Shown here piece by piece: positions 62,190 through 64,000 of a stretch of DNA of 64,000 nt. The notes beneath the pieces are model-generated. The model did not search any database, had not been told where the DNA came from, and saw only the letters and a program-made list of their open reading frames with translations. The stretch's first letter is position 1; each line of letters begins with the position of its first letter. The translations under genes were made by a program, and so were the position numbers. Origin of the DNA: Octopus sinensis (Eukaryota); contig NC_043001.1 of NCBI RefSeq assembly GCF_006345805.1, positions 32,116,001 through 32,180,000 of the forward strand, in the 5' to 3' direction.

Positions 62190-64000
62190 AAAAGTACTTA
62201 TGAACTAGAGAGGTAAACAAATGAAAAGATGAAAAGAATGAAGGTAAAAAATTTAAAAGAGATGAAAAAGTGAAGGGGAGAAAATGAAAAAAAGATAAAA
62301 AAATGACGGTGAGAAAATAAAAAGAGATGAAAAATGAAGGGGAAAAATGAAAAGAGATGAAAAAATGAAGGGGATAAATGAAGGTGAAAAAATGATAAGA
62401 GATGAAAAAGAGAAAGGGTAAAGATGAAAAGAGATGAAAAAGTGAAGGGGAGAAAATTAAAAGAGATGAAAAGTGAAGGGGAGAAAATGAAAAGAGATGA
62501 AAAAGTGAAGGGGAGAAAATTAAAAGAGATGAAAAAGTGAAGGGGAGAAAATGAAAAGAGATGAAAAGTGAAGGGGAGAAAATGAAAAGAGATGAAAAAG
62601 TGAAGGGAGAGAAAATGAAAAAGAGCAAGTGAAAGGAAGGGGAGAAAATGAAAAGAGATGAAAAAGTGAAGGGGAGAAAATGAAAAGAGATGAAAAGTGA
62701 AGGGGTTAAAAAGAAAAAGAGATGAAAAAGTGAAGAGAGAGAAAAATGAAAAGAGATGAAAAAAGTGAAGGGGAGAAAATGAAAAGAGATGAAAAAGGAA
62801 GGGAAGAGGAGAAAATTAAAAGAGATGAAAAAGTGTGAAGGGGGGAAAATTAAAAGAGATGAAAAAGTGAAGGGGGGGGTAAAAATGTAAAAATGAAAGA
62901 TGAGAAAAAGTGAAGTGGAGAAAATGAAAAGAGATGAAAAAAGTGAAGGGAGAAAATGAAAAGAGATGAAAAGTGAAAGAGGAAAAATTAAAAGAGATGA
63001 AAAAGTGAAGGGGGGGGAAAATTAAAAGAGATGAAAAAGTGAAGGGGAAAAATGAAAAGAGATGAAAAAGTGAAGGGGTAAAAAGTAAAAAAGAAAAAAA
63101 GAGATGAATGAAAAAGGAAAGGGGAGAAAATGAAAAGAGATGAAAAAGTGAAGGTGTAAAAATGATAAGATGAAAAAAGTGAAGGGGAGAAAATGAAAAG
63201 AGATGAAAAAGTGAAGGGTGAAAAAATGAAAAGCGATGAAAAAAGTGAAAGAAAGAGAAGAAGGGGAGAAAATGAAAAGAGATGCAAAAGTGAAGGAGAG
63301 GGAGGAAAATGAAAAGAGATGAAAAAGTGAAGGGGAGAAAATGAAAAGAGATAGATGAAAAAGTGAAGGGGAGAGAAGGAAAAAGAAAAAGAAGAGAAAA
63401 TGAAAAGAGATGAAAAAGTGAAGGAGAGAAAATAAAAAGAGATGAAAAAGTGAAGGGGAAGAAAAGAGAAAATGAAAAGAGATGAAAAAGTGAAGGGGTA
63501 AAAATGAAAAGAGATGAAAAAGTGAGGGGAGGGAGAAAGAAAATGAAAAGAGATGAAAAGTGAAGGGGAGAAAATGAAAAGAGATGAAAAAGTGAGAGAG
63601 AGAAAAATTAAAAGAGATGAAAAGTGAAGGGGGGAAAATTAAAAGAGATGAAAAAGTGAAGGGGTAAAAATGAAAAGAGATGAAAAAGTGAAGGGGAGAA
63701 AATGAAAAGAGATGAAAAAGTGAAGGGGAGAAAATGAAAAGAGATGAAAAAGTGAAGAGGAGAAAATTAAAAGAGATGAAAAAGTGAAGGGGGAAAATTA
63801 AAAGAGATGAAAAAGTGAAGGGGTAAAAATGAAAAGAGATGAAAAAGTGAAGGGGAAAAAATTAAAAGAGATGAAAAAGTGAAGGGGAGAAAATTAAAAG
63901 AGATGAAAAAGTGAACGGGTAAAATGAAAAGAATGAAAAATGAAGGGGGAAAATGAAAAGAGAGGAAAAAGTGAAGGTGAAAAAATGATAAGAGATGAAA
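62190..64000 (+). repeat. Purine-rich ~32-bp minisatellite, continues past window end
   Basis: Consensus AAAATGAAAAGAGATGAAAAAGTGAAGGGGAG repeated with variants for >1.8 kb. Confidence 0.95.

Noticed and set aside
62188-63287. Phe/Ser/Leu-rich minus-strand ORFs
   Set aside because: Translation of the pyrimidine strand of the minisatellite
62190-64000. CRISPR array or telomeric repeat
   Set aside because: No unique spacers, no cas genes, no TTAGGG units; eukaryotic context

Overview
Very AT-rich, microsatellite-saturated animal genomic DNA with no intact host protein-coding gene that I can recognise. The SINE families match those I know from Octopus, so a cephalopod origin is likely (recognition from memory, not a database result). 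The window is mostly intron-like or intergenic sequence filled with mobile-element debris. (1) tRNA-derived SINEs of at least three families. (2) RLE-type R4/Dong-like LINE pieces from three distinguishable families, plus a ~555-bp non-coding element; all readable copies sit in (AAT)n tracts in the same polarity. (3) Several short Penelope-like (PLE) families carrying hammerhead-ribozyme motifs, usually in fold-back or inverted arrangements. (4) DNA-transposon relics: mariner, maT/DD37D, hAT, Tigger/pogo, Chapaev3-like. (5) A CR1/L2-type LINE 3' end. (6) Several long palindromes. (7) A ~4-kb G-poor cryptic repeat and a ~32-bp purine-rich minisatellite running off the right end. The most interesting candidates are a reconstructable tRNA-head + (AAT)n + hammerhead composite retroelement split by a Dong-like LINE (54.7-57.3 kb), tandem perfect palindromes that encode complete hammerheads on both strands (9.7-10.25 kb), and the ~555-bp (AAT)n-targeting element with a fixed 5' end. 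All folds, alignments and identities were judged by eye; none was computed.
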